From Alphaproteobacteria bacterium (GTDB lineage: Bacteria; Pseudomonadota; Alphaproteobacteria; SMXQ01), in the NCBI GenBank assembly GCA_030831315.1, contig JAURLI010000024.1, forward strand, positions 6,565-70,564: a DNA stretch of 64,000 nucleotides. Direction: 5' to 3'. Below are positions 60,391 to 64,000 of this stretch, in pieces. Under the pieces are notes generated by a model. That model did no database searches, was not told where the DNA came from, and was given only the letters and a program-made list of their open reading frames with translations. Position 1 is the stretch's first letter. Each line of letters begins with the position of its first letter. Position numbers and translations under genes: made by a program.

Positions 60391-61491
60391 TTACTCCGCG
60401 CCCTTCTTTTTCTTCTTTCCGCCCTTGCTCTTGACCTCGCCGGCGACGGTATTCTTCAGGTCCAGCGCCGCCTTGACCCGGGTCACCAGGTCATCGGGGG
60501 CATTGATGATGCCGTTGACTAGCCTCTGCAATTCAGGCCCCGAGGTCGGCGCGATGTCGAGGGCACTCTTCTTGGCTTCCTCGAGCAGCTTCGCATCCTT
60601 CATCGTGGCATCAAAAGACGCCCGCAGCGCCGCCACGCGGTCCACCGGCACGCCCGGCGCCGCAACAAAGGGACGGCCGAGCTCGACTTCGTCCGAGAAC
60701 AGCTGCAGTACTTCGCGGCTCGCCTGATCCTTGGCGAATTCGGTCAACAGCGGAACGTTCGGGAAGTCCGGGTCCTTCTTGTTGCCGATCTGCACCAGGA
60801 TATCTATCTTCTTGTCCTTCACCCAATCGGCGTTGCGCGCCATCAGGCTGTTGAAGTTGTTGCCGGCACGACCCTGAACTTCGCCGCGCTCCATGGCAAG
60901 GTTTACCTGTGTCGCGCTGCGATAGCCCATGATCACGCGAAACCGCGTGCCGAGCAGGTTGTTGAGGATGACCGGGTAGAGGACCGTATAGGACCCGGCC
61001 CCGGTCGCGCCCATGATGACTTCTTTCTTCGTCGTATCGAGCAGCGACTTGATGCCGAGTGTATGCCAGACATAGACGTTCGAGTTGCTGGTGTTGGACG
61101 AACCGATCCAGCTGAACTTCGACGAGTCGTAGTCGACGCCCTTGCCGCCAAGACGCTGGTTGAGAACAAAGGATGGGATCATCGTGCCAATGGCCGTGCC
61201 GTCCTTGGCGCCCTGGTTGTAGAGGAAGCTGGTCGCGCGCAGCGAACCGGCGCCCGGCATGTTGCGCGGTACGAAGGTCGGATTGCCCGGAACGTGGCGC
61301 GTCCAGTGACGCGCGACCACGCGCGCGTTGAGATCGAGGCCGCCGCCCACGCCCGTCGAAATGACGAGGTTGATAGTCTTGCCCTTGAAGAAATCGGCAA
61401 CCGCGTCGGCGCGGGCGGCCGGGGCGGACAGAAGGACGGCGAAAGCGGCGATGCCGGCAGTGGCTGGCGCGACAAACCTGTGAGCGGACAT
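60391..61491 (-). CDS. Tripartite tricarboxylate transporter substrate-binding protein (TctC/Bug family)
   Basis: It has a signal peptide, the Bug-family core (GVGGGLDLNARVVARHW), and an unusual Lys-rich C-terminal tail (KSKGGKKKKKGAE). No tctA or tctB is present in the window. Confidence 0.8.
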   Translation of the reverse strand: MSAHRFVAPATAGIAAFAVLLSAPAARADAVADFFKGKTINLVISTGVGGGLDLNARVVARHWTRHVPGNPTFVPRNMPGAGSLRATSFLYNQGAKDGTAIGTMIPSFVLNQRLGGKGVDYDSSKFSWIGSSNTSNSNVYVWHTLGIKSLLDTTKKEVIMGATGAGSYTVLYPVILNNLLGTRFRVIMGYRSATQVNLAMERGEVQGRAGNNFNSLMARNADWVKDKKIDILVQIGNKKDPDFPNVPLLTEFAKDQASREVLQLFSDEVELGRPFVAAPGVPVDRVAALRASFDATMKDAKLLEEAKKSALDIAPTSGPELQRLVNGIINAPDDLVTRVKAALDLKNTVAGEVKSKGGKKKKKGAE

Positions 61492-61594
61492 GATGAACGG
61501 TCTCCCTGTTTCAAAAACGTTGTGAAACAGATTACCGCGCCGTGCCGGGCTTGCTCAAGGACGCGCAAGGCCCGGTTTCAGGCCAAAAAGCCGG

Positions 61595-62620
61595 TCAGTC
61601 AGTCAGGCCGAGAAGCTTGCGGGCGTTGCCGTTGTATATCTTTTCCCGATCCGCATCGCTGATATCGAGGCCGTCGATGACCCTGATGGTGTCGCGGATA
61701 TACATGGGACCGCCTTCCGGATCGAATGGCGCGTCGGATGCGAACACCACCTTGTCCGCACCGAAGAAGTCGAGCCCGCAACGAGTGCCGGACGCACTGC
61801 CGAACAGGGCAGTGTCGGCATAGAACATCTTGAAATAGTCAAAGGGGCGCTTCTTCAACTCGCCCAGAAGCTTGCCGTAATCCTCGTCCGCCGTGCGCGA
61901 GCCGAGCTGATCCCAGCCGGGCCCAACGCGGCCCTCGAAATAGGGGATCATGCCACCCATGTGATGGGTGACGATCTTGATGTTGTGAAGCTTGTCGAAC
62001 AGCTTCGAGAACACGAGCCGCGCCATCGCCGCGCTGGTTTCGTAAGGCCAGCCGAAGGTCCAGTAGATTTCATAGAGCGATTTCTTCTCGCCCATGAAAT
62101 CGGGCATCGCCGCGGTGCGGATGGGATGCAGGAAAATGGGGCGGTCGTAAGCCGCCATCGCCTCGAACAGCGGGAAGTATTCCGGCCCGTCGATGCCCTT
62201 GCCGTTGATGTTGGAAAAGAGCTGCACGCCGATGGCCTTCAGATCCTTCATGCAGCGGTGTAGTTCCTTGAGGCTTTCGTCGGGATCATCCAGCGGCAGG
62301 GAGGCGATGAAGCCCGGAAAGCGGTCGCGGTACTTTTCGACATATTCCGCCATACCGTCGTTGCCGAGGCGCGCCAGTTCAGGCGCCTTGTCGGGCGGCG
62401 CCAGCGCTTCGATCGGCGGGGCGGACAGGGACAGGATCTGCGCGTAGTTGCGGAACTCGTCCATCTTGCGGAAACGCACATCGAGATCGACGAGGAACGG
62501 GATGTTGAGCCAGCGTTTTACCTTTCCCGGGTCCTTGATGTCCGCAAGCATGCGGTCGAAAAAGGTCCTGGGGAAAATGTGGTTGAAGATGTCGATCTTG
62601 CGGATCGTGTTGCTGGCCAT
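61595..62620 (-). CDS. Amidohydrolase-2 family protein (ACMSD/LigW-type metal-dependent hydrolase/decarboxylase)
   Basis: 341 aa. TIM-barrel amidohydrolase-2 features are present (N-terminal IDIFNHIFP, C-terminal VVFASDAPFDPEGG). Confidence 0.65.
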   Translation of the reverse strand: MASNTIRKIDIFNHIFPRTFFDRMLADIKDPGKVKRWLNIPFLVDLDVRFRKMDEFRNYAQILSLSAPPIEALAPPDKAPELARLGNDGMAEYVEKYRDRFPGFIASLPLDDPDESLKELHRCMKDLKAIGVQLFSNINGKGIDGPEYFPLFEAMAAYDRPIFLHPIRTAAMPDFMGEKKSLYEIYWTFGWPYETSAAMARLVFSKLFDKLHNIKIVTHHMGGMIPYFEGRVGPGWDQLGSRTADEDYGKLLGELKKRPFDYFKMFYADTALFGSASGTRCGLDFFGADKVVFASDAPFDPEGGPMYIRDTIRVIDGLDISDADREKIYNGNARKLLGLTD

Positions 62621-62709
62621 TGGGTCTTCCGTTTTGTTGAGGACGGGCGCGGGCGCGGCCTAAAGGGAGTGGGGAGACTATTTTTGCCTCCCCCGTACGT
62701 CAAGCCGCC

Positions 62710-63336
62710 TCAGCTCGCCTGATAGGGCCCCCAGGCGCGCTGGGCTGCCGGGCGGGCAAAAATGGCATCATGCCAGCGCCGCAGGTTCGAATAGGTATCA
62801 AGGCCGATATCGCGCACCCCGTGGGTATGGACATCGGCGAAGATCGAGATATCGGCGGCCGAATAAGCCCCGGCGACATATTCGTTCTCGCCAAGATGCC
62901 GGTCCAGCGTAGCCAGCATGTCGCGCAGGATCGCGTCGTAATGCTTCTTGGCCTGGGGGACGTCTTCCTGGGCGCGGATCACCCAGTTGCCGAATTGCTG
63001 GGCGAGGGTGGTGAAGGTGGCGGAACCATAGAACAGCCACTGATCGACCTTGAGACGGGCGAACGGGTCGGACGGATAAAGGCCGTTGCCCGCCTTTTCG
63101 CCGAGGTATTTCAGGATCGCGCCGGATTCGCAGAGCGTGATGCGCTGGCCGCCGGGGCCGTCGTCATCGACCAGCGCCGGAATCTTGTGGCCCGGGCTGA
63201 TCTTCAGGTATTCCGGCGCGAACTGTTCCTTATTGCGGATGTTGATGGGCTTGAGGCGATGCGGCAGACCGCTTTCCTCCATCCCGTGACGCGCCTTGTA
63301 ACCATTGTCCGTAGTCCAAAAATAAAGATCAATCAC
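62710..63336 (-). CDS. Glutathione S-transferase
   Basis: 208 aa with an N-terminal thioredoxin-like GST domain (IDLYFWTTDNGYKARHGMEESG...ESGAILKYL). Confidence 0.8.
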   Translation of the reverse strand: MIDLYFWTTDNGYKARHGMEESGLPHRLKPINIRNKEQFAPEYLKISPGHKIPALVDDDGPGGQRITLCESGAILKYLGEKAGNGLYPSDPFARLKVDQWLFYGSATFTTLAQQFGNWVIRAQEDVPQAKKHYDAILRDMLATLDRHLGENEYVAGAYSAADISIFADVHTHGVRDIGLDTYSNLRRWHDAIFARPAAQRAWGPYQAS

Positions 63337-63362
63337 TACTTGCCTCCCCGTTATCGGGCCTA

Positions 63363-64000
63363 TTATCGGGTCTGAACGCTGGCGGATGGGAAGACGGCAG
63401 CACGATCCGCCGCCAGGACCGCCGCCGCCTCAGTTTCTACCGCCGTGCCTTTGAAGAAATCGGCATTTAGCCCGGCCTGCAGCTTCACCATGTTGGTGAA
63501 GGTAAAATCGCGGAAGTCGTCAGTCGTGATCAGGTTTCTTTCCACCAGCTCGAAAGCTTCGGCCAAGGTCTCGGTCATGTCCGATACGTCCCAGTGCGAT
63601 ACGTCGGAACTGAACAGAGCGTTGAGACGCGCGCCCATCTTGTTGCACCCCGTATTGAAGCCGTGCGCAATGGTCCTATCATCGGCCTCGCAACCGAAAT
63701 AGAAACTCGGGATAAAGCGCGTAAAAATGTCGGCAGGAGAATTGATGCCGCATCTCGCCCAGTCGTCGAGGCAATCGGGATCTTCCTTTGAATGCCCCGG
63801 CCGCGCACCGGGGGAGCCGTCGGCTTCACGAAACCGCTCCACATAGGGTGCGAATTTTTCGCCGCCGTATTTTTCCACCATATCGGCCAGCAATCCCCGG
63901 TCGATCTGCGCCGGATTGAGCAATTCCTGAAGCGCGTTCATGTTGCGCTTTTCCCAATGCTCGAACAGGTCATTGTAGAGCGACACCGCCCAGTTCACTC
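63363..64000 (-). CDS. Amidohydrolase-2 family protein, C-terminal part (5' end beyond the window)
   Basis: The frame is open to the window edge. The C-terminal motif FSSDVSHWDV resembles the GSDxPHxD amidohydrolase-2 signature. Confidence 0.5.
   Translation of the reverse strand, partial: VNWAVSLYNDLFEHWEKRNMNALQELLNPAQIDRGLLADMVEKYGGEKFAPYVERFREADGSPGARPGHSKEDPDCLDDWARCGINSPADIFTRFIPSFYFGCEADDRTIAHGFNTGCNKMGARLNALFSSDVSHWDVSDMTETLAEAFELVERNLITTDDFRDFTFTNMVKLQAGLNADFFKGTAVETEAAAVLAADRAAVFPSASVQTR

Overview
This is a high-GC (roughly 65%) alphaproteobacterial chromosomal segment. Synteny is typical of Hyphomicrobiales/Rhizobiales: surE-pcm-nlpD, yajC-secD-secF, dgt-argS-SPOR-nagZ-M50-scpA-scpB, uvrA<>ssb-gyrA-coaD, recG<>sdhE-mfd, and tatABC-serS. 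Most of the window is core housekeeping: valS (3' part), a two-subunit molybdenum hydroxylase (IorAB-like, Tat-exported), ilvD, xthA, erpA, dgt, argS, nagZ, scpAB, an Fe(3+) ABC transporter (fbpABC-like), tatABC, serS, surE, pcm, nlpD-like, yajC-secDF, trmFO, uvrA, ssb, gyrA, coaD, one tRNA-Lys(UUU), recG, sdhE, and mfd. I found no CRISPR array, rRNA, transposase or integrase. The more unusual content is listed below. (1) A single 661-aa protein between trmFO and uvrA fuses a class-I SAM methyltransferase to a D-Ala-D-Ala-ligase-like ATP-grasp domain. (2) A divergent pair of squalene/phytoene-synthase-like genes has apparently degenerate Asp-rich motifs. (3) An unannotated 30-codon membrane ORF sits upstream of a PuuD-N-terminal-like membrane protein. 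(4) A complex palindromic operator precedes the iron transporter. (5) The 3' end of the window (about 55.4-64.0 kb) looks accessory and partly decayed. It holds a frameshifted receiver/pentapeptide-repeat gene, a Sel1 lipoprotein, a large secreted beta-propeller-repeat protein with a Pro/Thr/Ala-rich tail, an AT-rich spacer, and a membrane-sensor gene remnant with an in-frame TAA that is 3'-truncated at the junction with a minus-strand operon (amidohydrolase-GST-amidohydrolase-TctC-VOC) resembling aromatic/lignin-derived compound catabolism. All calls come from reading the supplied ORF translations and the DNA by eye. No database searches were run, so family assignments are recognition-based and should be confirmed.
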